Positions 52,689-64,000 of a stretch of DNA of 64,000 bases are shown piece by piece. Numbering within the stretch: position 1 is the stretch's first letter; every line of letters begins with the position of its first letter. This DNA comes from Utricularia gibba (Eukaryota > Plantae > Magnoliophyta): NCBI GenBank assembly GCA_002189035.1, contig NEEC01000014.1, positions 124,001 to 188,000 on the forward strand, read 5' to 3'. A program made the translations under genes and the position numbers. The notes beneath the pieces were generated by a model that saw nothing but the letters and a program-made list of their open reading frames with translations, did no database searches and had not been told where the DNA came from.

Positions 52689-53039
52689 ATGGCTTTCCGG
52701 TTAGGGTTTTCTTTTCTAATGATTAGCTTTCTTGCTGCCGCGGTGGCCCATTCTTCCGATCACGCCGCCGGCTACTACGCCATCGGTGCATCAAAGGACG
52801 GCCAGGGTCTGGTCGACGACGCCCTGGATCTCGACGAGGAGTTGATGTTGGACTCCGATGCCGCCCGCCGGCATCTTACCGTAGGTGGCGGCTACATAAG
52901 CTACGGCGCTTTGAATAAAAACCGCATCCCCTGCAACAGCCGCGGCAGATCCTACTACAACTGCCGCGGCCACGGGCAGGCTAACCCCTACAGCCGCGGA
53001 TGCACCCGGGCAACGAGATGCGCTCGACAAAATCGCTGA
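52689..53039 (+). CDS. RALF: RALF-like peptide precursor, intronless
   Basis: Signal peptide, acidic pro-region, RRHL (RRxL S1P site), YISYGAL, and four cysteines in IPC....SYYNC....ANPYSRGC....RCAR. Confidence 0.95.
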   Translation: MAFRLGFSFLMISFLAAAVAHSSDHAAGYYAIGASKDGQGLVDDALDLDEELMLDSDAARRHLTVGGGYISYGALNKNRIPCNSRGRSYYNCRGHGQANPYSRGCTRATRCARQNR

Positions 53040-53169
53040 AACCCTAGAAATTCCAGATCATTCCACTTGTCCCCCTTTCGGCATACCATCACGTTATGAG
53101 ACGGCGTTTCCATTTGGAATCACATTTACTCCGCAACCGCGATGCCAAAGCTTGCTCGACGACGCCGTC

Positions 53170-54080
53170 GGAATAAATTTATTAATTAATTTATTTCTTT
53201 GCATTATGTAACTTCACATGGGGTAAATTTGAGATGACTGATTTTTACATTTCAAAAAATGACTGATTTTAGAAAAATATTTGCATTTTACCATTGAAGA
53301 AAAAAACATTTAATTCATATTTTTATATTACTTTGATTTACTTCGTTAAATTAATAAATAATTTAAAATAAAAATAGAGATTATAACGAATGTGAGATAA
53401 AAATTACAGTTGAGTTTGAGTTGTTCAATAAAAATAACGCATTCGAAAGAATTCCATTGAGTAAATTAAATAATTATTAAATTTTTTTTTTTTTTAAAAT
53501 ACTGTATTCCAATTTCTCTAATCTTGTAAAATATTAATGTATACCAAATACAGAAATTTTAAAAAATATATCCATTTTGTTTTTTAAATAAATATGTAGA
53601 GAAAATTAGTTAATTAATTAATTTATTTTCTAAACACATCAAGAGTTTTGTATCATTGGTATAGCAAAATCCAAAAAGTAACATTTGAATATTTTTATGA
53701 AGGAAAATAATATAGCAGCAAGTTGGATGCAAAAGTAGGTTAGATTGCCTAACTTGTTAGTTATGCTTATTGAGGGCGGGCTGGATCACAAATGACTCAC
53801 TAGGAATTCGAATGTCATTTGGGGGATGAATCCTGATAGAGCCAAGGTCGGGCCAGATACAATTTGCATAGGAAAGTACAAAACCTAAATTAGTATTACT
53901 TAAAATTTTTGAAAGTTATTTGTTACTTTTTTAAAAATAATTTTAGAAAAATAGGAGTAAAAATTAAAAATTAAAAATAAAAATATTTCTTACTCTTCCA
54001 AAAATAATTTTTATAGTATAATTTAAAAAAATATTCTTGATAGAATTAATTTTACAAATGATAATATTTTAGAATAAAAT
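53170..54080. other. AT-rich intergenic tract, possibly a decayed transposon remnant
   Basis: Strongly A/T-biased with short direct repeats (ATGACTGATTTT at 53234 and 53259) and a small GC island at 53770-53860. No clear TIR or TSD. Confidence 0.3.
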
Positions 54081-54871
54081 TAGAGGGCAAGAGAAGAGAA
54101 TCTTGTGTACGCCTCCATCCACGTAGCAGCAACTTTTAACAGACCAGCGCCCGCCGATCACCAAGCGACGTGTTTCTTTCTTTCATTGCCTACGCCTATA
54201 ATCCACCTACATTGAATCCCAACCCAACTCAAGCAGCCTCGCATTTAAGTTCCTCCTTCTCTTTCACCCATTTGTCTCACTCCTGATCAGTCTCTAACTC
54301 ACCGCTCAGTATTTACGAACAGGTATGTCTTGTTTTTGGAATTAAGAGCCATGCAATCCGCGTCTCAGTGGTTGGTTTCTGGGTTTTTTTTTTTGGTTGG
54401 CTTGAATACGATGGTGTGAGGATGGATGCACGACCCGAACTCGATATTTTTTAAGACAATTAATGGCTGCCTTTTGTAGATGCGGAGTCATGCTGGTAAT
54501 TATGAGGTCTGTTTAGCTTTCTTGTCATTTCTGGTGATCTCCCATTTCCGATTTTTCTATCCATATGGAATGCGGATCCCAACGTCTGATATGTTCGACT
54601 GCGCTTGTTTGCTTCTATGGTTTTTTTTATATATATACATACTGATGTAATGTGTCCCCATTTTAACTGCCTTTTTGTGGTATCACAGCCATGAGCTCCG
54701 GAATTCATACTGCACCTGTATTTTTCTCTGTTTCAGATGACAATGTTTCACTGCAGCTGCTTTAATGGTCCTAGAGACGAAACGCTCTGTGGATCCTGTT
54801 CTAGCTCTGTTTGAGCAATAGATTTGGATCGGTCATTCGCTTGCTTTTCAGAAGGCCAAAAGGTTTATGCA

Positions 54872-56350
54872 ATGAGACACTGGAACATGGAAAATAGGAG
54901 GGTGTTGCCTTTCGCCATAAATTCAGCCGTATGCGTTTTCCTACTATCAGCCTTTTTCAATATGGAGCTTGTGTTTGAGTTGCTTACTGGCTTCCCGAGC
55001 CGTGCCATAGGAAATGACAGTCAACCGTGCTTCATCGAGGCAAAGATTGGTAACGCTCCACCGCGCGCCCACCTTTCTACTCCAAAGTTTGCTTACCTTA
55101 TTTCTGGTTCAAGAGGAGACCTGGAGAAACTTTGGCGAACTCTCCTTTCTCTTTATCATCCTTGGAACTATTATCTCGTTCATCTGGATCTTGAATCACC
55201 TGCTGTGGAAAGATTAGAACTTGCCATTCGGGTTGAAAGGCACCCACTTTTTGCACAAGTTGGGAATGTTATAACCAACAACAAATCAAACATGGTTACA
55301 TACAGAGGACCTACAATGGTTTCCAATACTCTTCATGCTTGCTCTATTCTTTTACAGAGATATGATGATTGGGATTGGTTTATAAATCTCAGTGCTTCTG
55401 ATTACCCATTGGTGACTCAAGATGGTGGGCTTTGTTACGTTTATGTGTTTGTATTTAAATAATATTCTGTCCGAGTTCACTTAACCCGTCGTTTTTTGCA
55501 GATCTTCTACACACGTTCTCCCATTTGGAACGAGAATTGAACTTCGTGGAACACACAAGTGACTTGGGATGGAAAAGGTGGGTTCATGGATTTGGTTTGT
55601 GGTTCTTGTCAAGATTTTGTTGATGAGATCCAATTTTCATTATGGTGGATTTGCTGCAGGGATCACAGAGCAATGCCGCTGATGATAGATCCTGGACTCT
55701 ACCTTTCAACAAAATTCGACGTTTTTCCCGTAAAACCGAGAAGGCCTTTGCCAACAGCTTTCAAGCTGTTTACTGGTAACCAGCTACTGAAACCGGCTTC
55801 CTTATACAAAGTAGAATTTTTCTCCAAAGAATACGTGACTTTGACTGCAGGTTCTGCTTGGATGATTCTGTCTCGAGCATTTGTGGAGTACTGCATACAG
55901 GGTTGGGATAATCTCCCAAGAGCTCTTCTCATGTACTACTCAAATTTCGTTTCCTCCCCTGAAGGGTATTTTCAGACAGTTTTATGCAACACCCAAGAGT
56001 TTGTGCCAACAGTTGTGAATTATGACATGCATTATATATCTTGGGATGTCCCTCCACAGCAACACCCTCGTATCCTCTCGCTTGATGACTATGAGAATAT
56101 GACCAAGAGTAATGCTCCGTTCGCACGTAAATTCGACGGACGCAGCCCTGCACTGGACAAGATCGACCAGGAGTTGCTGAGGAGGAATGGGAACTTTGTT
56201 AGAGGTGGATGGTGTGCCGGTAAGCCTCTTTGCTCTGAAGTGGGAAATCCCACCAAGCTTTCACCTGGTCCTGGTGCTGAAAGGCTTCAGATGCTTGTGG
56301 ATAAACTGATTCATTCACCTGAATTTAGTGACCAACAGTGTCAGATTTAG
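54872..56350 (+). CDS. Core-2/I-branching glycosyltransferase family GT14 (At3g15350/At1g53100-like), 4 exons
   Basis: N-terminal TM; PKFAYLISGSRGD; LYHPWNYYLVHLD; VTYRGPTMVSNTLHA; WDWFINLSASDYPLVTQD|DLL; GSAWMILSR; SSPEGYFQTVLCN; PFARKF. Alternative ATG at 54887. Confidence 0.93.
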
Positions 56351-56738
56351 AATCCCATTTCTGTAGAGAAAGAAAGAGAACCCATTGTGAAAGTGTCACC
56401 ACACTGTTTTGTTGGGTATAGTCTGGGGGATGAAATCGAGTTGGCGCTATAGCATGTGTACACTGACCTGTTGGAAGCATTGTTTTACGTCATCACAAAA
56501 GGGTAGTCCTGTATTTTCTAGACTACATAGCTAGGCAAAGTTGGGCAGCAGTTATGCATATAGACTTCACCTACATACAAAAATAAAATAAAAAAACCAT
56601 GTTCTCTTCGGTTAGAATTAGTCTAAGCTACAAACTAAACAAAAAATGTGTTTCTGAGAGCACTTGCTCTATTATGGTCCAAGCATTAAGCCTCAGCTGT
56701 AACCTTTGGTATCCGAGATCAGTTGGATGCTACTTAGC

Positions 56739-59713
56739 CTAAACCATCTCCAATATCTTGATGTTCCCCATGGAATTTGCTGCCACTAAGGTGGAAGACT
56801 GCCCACGCCAACACACAGATGAGACGAACAAAGTAGACTCGTCCACTTCATTGGTGGAAAGTGGATCTGTGAATTTAAAGGAAGAAGCTGGCATGGGAAA
56901 AGCCTGATGGTAAACATAAACCTGCAATGAAATGTCGCTCAGAGTCTTTCAATTGCTGTTCGATATTGTGAAGAGAGAGCAGTTGGTACGCAAAGTACCT
57001 CGTTTGTCTCAGAGCCAGTTGCAATGCAACCATCAGATACAGAGAGACCAACAAAATTCTGTCATGAAAAAAAGACCAGATTAGCTTTCATTCGTGTGTC
57101 ATAGTCACCTTCGCTGTTGATGGAAGCTGGTGCAGTGCAGTCATGCATACCTTGATGTTCAAATGGCCAGTATATGACTGCAGAGGACAATCAATAACTC
57201 CAGAAGCACCCATGGATAAATTCCAAAGCTTTATTGTGTTATCCGTGGAAGCAGAAACAAGTGTTGTAGGATCAATAAACTTCACATAGCTCACGGTCTT
57301 ATCGTGGCCAGCCAGAATGCATAATGGTAGCTTTGTATTACGAAGATCATAGTAGTGTGTCTTATGGTCAGCTGATCCATATGCGAGGGAACGACTGGAG
57401 TTCATGGGGAACTGGACACAGCAAACATTTGCTTTTGTTTGAATCGTACCGACGCTCACTCCCTGCAGTAGCAGCACACGTAAGAAAAGGGAAAAGCGGT
57501 TCTGTCCAAAGAACTTGTGAAAATACAATTACATGGTTGGTATTCCAAAGCTTAACAGATCCATCATCACCCCGCTAGCCAGCAATGTTGGATCTGCAGA
57601 CGAGAAGTCGACTGACCACACACGCTGTCCATGCTCTCTCATTTCCATGAAAGTGCGACTTCTGGTAACATCCCATACCTGAAGGGAAAAATCATTGATA
57701 ATGAGGATGTTAGGGATCAAATAGATAAAATGTGCAAGAAAACTTAGCTCACCTGCACCACACCTTCAAAGTTACTAGAGGCAATATGACTTTGAATGTA
57801 GGTATTCCAGCATATACTACTGAGCTTTGATGTACTCGTCATTTCAACCATAGGATAATGAATATCACGATCACTACTCAAGATCGAGTTATACTGAAAA
57901 ACTTTAATCTTCTTGTTTACACCAGCTGTTGCCAAAAGCTCCCCATCACCGTCAAAACAAAGTGAGCTCACCAAATTCGACGAGTTTGAGAGACCCCCTT
58001 GATGCAAATCTGCCTTAACTTTTAAGTTATTGAAGGAAAAATATTTGCATAATCCTAGAAATGAATGCATCCATCCACTTTGGCTACGGTCATGTGACTT
58101 CTCCTTTGACAACTGATTACTGATGGAACTTGTTTCAATTGGTAGACTGCACTCTCTGCCACAATTATTCACTTGAGAATACGACCTTGATGCAGATTTC
58201 ATAAATTTGCGCCTTGTCATGAAATAGGATGATTCCAATTCTCTTAAATCACTCATCAACCGAGAACGTTTGGGTAGAAGTAGCATGCCTACATTGTCAT
58301 ATCCATCTTCCTTTTCCTTGGTAACATGATCAGCTGGTTGCATGATTTGTTTCCTGGAGCCTGAGCTGCCGGCATCATAATGCTCTAGAGGGTTGAAAGA
58401 GCCAGAAACTGAATCCTTGAATGCCGGCTGAAGTTTTGATACTTCTTCTATGTCGGCAGAAAAGATGGATATGGTGCCCTTTAAGCTATCAGCTTCTTCC
58501 TGTTTTTTACGCTCAAGTAGCATAAGAAACTCCAATAGCAACTCTTGCTCCACTATTTTCTCTTGAAGCTCAATAGCTGCATCTCTTTCTTTGATGCCAC
58601 CCCTTGGTTCATTAAGAAACTCACTTTCCAATATTTCACTGTTGCATAGAGAAGAATTGTCAAGAAAAGTAGAGGCACATAAACTGGCCCTGTTCTTTCA
58701 TCTGATCAAACCACTCCTTTCTCGTTGGATTTTATGCTGACAATCCACAAAATCCAAAGAGAAGCAGGGATCAAAAAAATCTTTGAAAGAACAGAGACAT
58801 CGTGCTTTACAGCATTTATTATTACATTTTGAAACTAGACAGAATACTAGATGTCAACAGATCATTAAAACCCACTTGATTTTTGGCCGGCAATTAGGTT
58901 CTGGATGCAGCAACAGCAAACAGAATGACGTTTCTCTAGGCCACTTAGAAAGCAAGTTTGGAGGGAGTACACGATGTCTCAAGTTCACCATGGCTGAGAT
59001 TTTCTCTTCCAGTGAACTAAAAGTGCAAAATAGCTAACCATACATGGAAAAGTGTATAAGATGAATACAAAAAAAAAAAACTTATTCAGAAGCATTTCAC
59101 AATCGTAAGCAGAACAAACCTCAAAGAGTAATACACCAAGGCGATAAATATCTGATGTCGAACATGAAGGGCCACCATCAGCTTCTTCAGAAGAGATATA
59201 AAAACTTGACTCCATGAGCAGTATCTGTTTCGTAGGAGGGCAAAACTTCTGTCCACTCATTCCATCCCCAAAAGCTCCATTGGGAAGAAAACCGATGCCT
59301 GAGCTTAATTGCAAACAGATTGCTTCTGATTTACCTAGTGAAATAGCATGCGGACGATTTAGCACATTCATATAATCTAGGACAACGAGCTCGCTTTCAC
59401 AATCCTCATTTGATTGTGACTCTTGAGGTAAAAGAGAAGAAGGGGCCTCCCTATACTTTGCAGTTCGATCTTCTGATCCATGAGTTTGAGATTCTGGGTT
59501 CAAGCAAGAAGGAGATTCAATGAAAGAAATACGGTCTAACGAGGACAAAACAAAGCACGAAGGCCTCACATTGTGAAAAACATTTCCTTCAGAATGAGCT
59601 AACCTCACAATACGGGCAATTTGAGAAAATATGTGCAGGCAATCAAGTGCATTCACTATTCTTTCTGGATTATCCAACCACTGCCTCAAACTTACCACAC
59701 TGGAATCTACCAT
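56739..59713 (-). CDS. SPA: SPA3/SPA4-like protein (kinase-like, coiled-coil, WD40)
   Basis: VSLRQWLDNPER; HNVRPSCF; SDIYRLGVLLFE; RHRVLPP; coiled coil; LVSSLCFDGDGELLATAGVNKKIK; WSVDFS; SVKLW (+1 G at 57570-73); GSETNE; GNIKILEMV*. The first stop-free ATG is 59713; the ancestral start appears to be 59950. Confidence 0.9.
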
Positions 59714-60881
59714 CCAGATAATTGGCCCTACACCTTACTCATCCACACTCTGATCTCTACGCCTACTGCCAAATTGCGGCCAACGAGCTCCTTCCATTTC
59801 TTTTCTGGTGGAAACACGACCAAAATCATTTTCCTCAGAAAACCAAGTAGTTCCTGCTCCACGATTTCGCGGGTGTCTGCCAGAAAACGAAGAATGCAAT
59901 ATTCATGAATTATCAGACCCTCTCCAGCAAGACTAAGATGGGCCAACCATAATTAAACGATCACTAAACTTCTTGAATCCACAGGGAATCAAATCATGGC
60001 CTTTTTTCTGGACATTGTGCGTCCAGCGATTAAGCTAATGGAATTCCAGCAATTACCTTCACAACCAAATACCAAGTTTTTGAGAATCTTATACCAATCC
60101 AAAACAACGATCATCCATATAACTAAAGAATAACTGCATACAACACCCACTGTAAATCATCCTCTTCTTGATCACATAAGCGTCTTTCACAAATTAAGCA
60201 TGTAACCTTAACCCAGTCCACCCACATAAGCAGTTTGAGAGTTCAAAGAAAGTGAAAGATTCACTAGAGAAGAAGGGTGGTATTAAGGCCTCGCTTGCTA
60301 GATCAGTATCGGCCACACAAAACTAGTAAAAAGCAAAAAACTTTTTTTTTCACAGTAGCTTTGCGGCCTCACGAACTCTCACACCAAGTGAAAACAACAT
60401 ACAACACAGTCGATACAGCAGAGCAGATATATTTAGACACAGTAGTGATGATTTATCTCTGCACTTTATTGCATATTGCATTAATAAAACATATATTGCT
60501 AACGTCACCTTCACCGGGAATCAGGCAGACAGCAAGACGTGGCTCATCCTCGGCCTCTTCTTTTTCGAGTTCGCACAACCGGCAGTACAAAACTATTCAA
60601 TAAGTATAGAGAAAAAGGATACAGAACTTACCGATGCCGGCGAGTCTCCACCGATGGGGTGCGGTTTAGAGATTCCCTGATTCGTAGATTCAGCATTTTC
60701 GTTCCCTTTTTAGCTTTATAAACAAAAAGCATCAAAATTTTTTTGGAAGAGTTTTGATACACAACTAGTGGCTGATACATTCGGCTTCACACAGGATCGA
60801 TCCATGGGAATAGCTACGGCGAATAAATGACAGGTTATTAAAGAATCACGGATACGTTTCATGCTCATCTGCTCCAGAAGT

Positions 60882-63800
60882 TCATCGCCCAGAAATGAAT
60901 GCCGTGTTCATTGATAACTGGTTCCGGACAACCTGCTGCTTTCGAAGTCTCTCCTTGTCGAGCCGAGCTCGTCGGACCGCCTCTTGGATTTGGCGGTCAT
61001 GATCCTTGAGCATCTGATCCATTTTGCCTGATGGAGCTAGCAGCGGCCCTGAATAATGGATCTTGCTGCTCTTTGACCCTTTTCCCTGCCCGAGACAAAA
61101 GTAGTTTTCATGCGTAAGTCAGCTGACTCTGGACTATGATCTTCAAAAATTTCTTAGGAGGCATCCAGAAGACGGGAACTTTTTGAGAAAAAAAAAAAAA
61201 ATCACTCTGCAGCACGACACGCAGGGCAACTTACAGGAACAGGATTGATGCTTGCTCTCTCTTCATCCTGTTGCCGGCTGTTACGGTCGTCTGGCCTCAT
61301 GGTTGCATTTGAAGTCTCTTTTAATGATCCTGGAAATCGAGACATAAGTTTTGGAACGTCATGCTGAGAATAACCTTTTTCTGTGTGTTCCTCAGACAGC
61401 ATGCGTCTTCTGGATGACACTAAACCAGACATGGCTGATAACTCTGTCACGTCCAGATTTTTTGAAGCAAGAGGATCCTCCATGTTCTTTCCGGATTTAG
61501 CCCAGGCGGCTCTATTGACCAAAGGTCCGGAATGGGAAGCCCTCTTGTGAATGTTTCCCTGCAGATCATCGTTCGCATCTTCCACAGGGTGTGGAGGTCT
61601 AGGGGGTCGATTGGAAAACCAGAGGCCACTTCTTCAGCGTGAGAACTGAACACCTCACTCCTGCTCTTCAAATTCGATTGCGCCTGCCTTTTCTGTGTAA
61701 GCAGGATGATGACGAGAGTTGGAACAAGACGCATGCGAGATGGCATACCAAAAAGCGCATTAGGAAAATAAGTGACCTTCATTGATGGCATTAATTCTGC
61801 ATTGGCATCGGGTGCAGGAACAGCACGTGAATCTCTATTTCCTCGCTTTTCGTTGACAAACTTTTCACCTCTTATTCCAGCAGCCGCTTGCCTGAAAATT
61901 TCACCCAACAGGATACTTTAGGTACCAACAACATAGACTATATTTGGCTAATGGGCAAAGATTCAATACAAAGTTAACTTTTGAGGGAAAACACTTTTAG
62001 ATTCACCTCCTTGCTTCTTCATCTCGCAATTTGGCATCAAGCTCCTTGCTTGGAGAATACTTAGGCAAACTTGAAGGATCACAAGGTAGTGGTCTGGTTG
62101 TGAAGAACTGTGAGAGAAACCGTACAATTGATTACAAGACCCTCATCATGAACGCAAACACATCTTAGGTAGATACTAGAAAAATTTTCCAATTGACCCA
62201 AAGTCAACAAATAAAAGCTGGAAGTCAAAAAAGTTGGTGAAAACTTCAACCAGTCTTTCTTACCTCGCTATTCAATGCAGCAGCTGCAGAGCCACGATCA
62301 GCAGGATCTATAGACAGCAATGTTTCTATGAGTGCTAAAGCCGGTGCTGGGAAGTCTTTATACATCTCAGCAATGTGGCGCTTGTAAGGCTGTTGGGGCT
62401 TGAAAATTGTTGCATGAGGCAGCTTTGATTTTCTCCAATAATCCTCGGAAGGTGATCCACAGAGTTTGAAAATTTTGTGCAACTGCTCAACCTACACATG
62501 CATCACGTATAAAGATAACGTTCATACAAAAGAAAAATGAAGGCTTTCTTGCTTATCCAGTTTCATACGGAAGAAAACAGAATGGCAATGAACTAGCACC
62601 TCATTTGCTTGGATTTAAAATTTTTCCTACCTCCGTTCTTCCAGGCATAATAGGTTTGCCAGCATATAACTCAGCAAGAATGCAGCCTGTGCTCCACAAA
62701 TCAACAGCAGTGCTATACTGGGTTGCACCAAGTAAAAGTTCAGGGGGCGGTACCAAAGTGTCACAACACGGCTTGTAAGAGGATGATTCAGATGAGGGTC
62801 ATAAAAGCTAGCAAGACCAAAGTCTGCAATTTTCAGGATGCCATTGTTGTCGATTAGAAGATTGGAACCTTTTATGTCACGATGGAGAACACGTCTACTG
62901 TGACAATGATCTAGGCCCTCTAAAAGTTGCTTCATGTAACATTTTACCTGGAAACATGGAGACAGTGCGATGTTTTTTAGTTTAGGTGAAGGGATTAATG
63001 TAACCCTTCTCAAATCAACACTGTAATCCAGCTTTTACAGAATCAAAAGAAGATACCTGACTTTCAGTAAACTTGATTGCAGGGTGGGATGCAAGTCCTG
63101 CCAAATCATGTTCCATGTATTCAAAAACTAGATACAGACTACAGGACATTCTTGAAGTAACGAGGCCTTCCAATTTGATTACATTTGGATGGTTGAGTCT
63201 CCGCAAAATGTGAATTTCTCTGGCCATGAAGCGAACACTTTCAGGTTCAAGGTTATCAAACCGTACCTTCTTCAAAGCCACAATCTTCCTTTGATCAAGA
63301 TCTCGGGCACGATAAACATTACTGTAAGTGCCTTGACCAATCTAAACAAAGTAGAAGTAAAACAAGATTAGCAGTAATGTTTAAAAAATACAGATACAGA
63401 ATTTGCAAGAGAAAACGTGCAAAGAAAAAAATTATATTTAGTTGAATATTGAAAAGGCAGAAAAAAATCATGAGACTCACAACTCTTGCAAGTTCCTCAA
63501 AGTAAAAAGACTCATGAGTGCTTCGATTATGGAAAATCAAATGCTAAAGATGACAACGTCACACCTTGTCCAGTTTTTCGAAGGAGTCTGCCCTTCTAGG
63601 CAACCATCCAGCAATAGCTTCACCAGCCACTGCAGCCAACCAAGATGGCCACCCGGCCGCAACCTGTTCCCCTTCAATCGCTTTAGGAATCATAACCACA
63701 CCGGGATGACGCATCCCCAGAGAATACTCAGCCTTTTCTCTCTTCCTGTCCGGATTTTCTCCCAGTAGTTTAACTGAGCCATTGACTTGCTTATCTATTA

Positions 63801-63978
63801 GAATTACCCTCCCATTATTGCTGCTACTGTCTAATTGATCCTTCAGACGATAAGTCTCCTCCCTTCTTGAGGAAGCAGCCCTCGACGTCCGCAGTTCAGA
63901 TGCCGCTTTATGCGACACTCTCTCTCTGGGAGAGTTCCTGCTGTCACTGCCAACTGCTTTACCGCAAGCACAACCCAT
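60882..63978 (-). CDS. CDK-like (CDKC-related, At1g53050-like) Ser/Thr kinase
   Basis: MGCACGK myristoylation-type start; [12 protein letters not shown]; SFEKLDK|[10 protein letters not shown]; HRDIKGSN; DFGLA; VTLWYRP(P)ELLLG; SHSGPL; IHYSGPLL; ends FISGR*. Two +1 C repairs (62743-47, 61602-06). Confidence 0.95.
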
Positions 63979-64000
63979 TCTACCGCACAAATCAACACTC

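Noticed and set aside
38894-53039. EC1, Ole e 1 and RALF as a reproductive peptide cluster
   Set aside because: They are separated by unrelated genes and all three families are large. Proximity is expected at this gene density.
53770-53860. GC island with CAAATGAC/GTCATTTG stem as a snoRNA or miRNA
   Set aside because: Only an 8-bp stem, no canonical C/D box spacing and no known mature miRNA.
53170-54080. Intact MITE or helitron
   Set aside because: No terminal inverted repeats, target-site duplication or helitron ends were identifiable.
55776-55850. Stop-free in-frame introns in GT14 (75 nt) and TraB as exitrons
   Set aside because: With well over 100 short introns, several 3n stop-free cases are expected by chance, and they interrupt conserved motifs like ordinary introns.
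19353-62747. Calling frameshifted PRP22, DPH2, SHH2, EC1, kinase and others pseudogenes or recoded genes
   Set aside because: Uniform single-base losses in G/C runs with conserved sequence on both sides fit sequencing error.

Overview
Very gene-dense plant nuclear DNA, probably eudicot: 21 protein-coding genes and one likely pseudogene in 64 kb, most introns about 70-110 nt, several divergent gene pairs under 350 bp apart. In order: WAK-like receptor kinase 5' end (-), Dof TF (+), peroxisomal LACS6/7 (+), BCAT-like aminotransferase fusion (-), chlorophyll b reductase NOL (-), TPX2-domain WVD2-like (+), DUF1685 (+), DPH2 (-), PITH-domain protein (+), PRP22/DHX8 helicase (+), PNG1 (-), EGF-like secreted protein (+), TraB (-), EC1-like (+), decayed FLX-like gene (-), RHM (+), At3g14830-like unknown protein (-), Ole e 1 family (+), SHH2 (+), RALF (+), GT14 glycosyltransferase (+), SPA3/4-like (-), CDK-like kinase (-). 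I found no rRNA, tRNA, CRISPR array or intact transposon. Eleven frameshifts in nine otherwise conserved genes are each repaired by adding one base, almost all in G/C runs, so they look like long-read consensus errors. The best leads are: (1) an eroded SPA N-terminus, still in frame but with three stop codons; (2) an FLX-like pseudogene; (3) an H/ACA-like double hairpin antisense to a BCAT-like intron; (4) a degenerate intronic copy of the PNG1 catalytic-His exon; (5) a possible beta-barrel fold for the At3g14830-like protein. I cannot support a wholly new multi-gene system. All homology calls come from manual translation and recalled protein families, not database searches. The compactness suggests a miniature genome such as Lentibulariaceae, but that is inference only.
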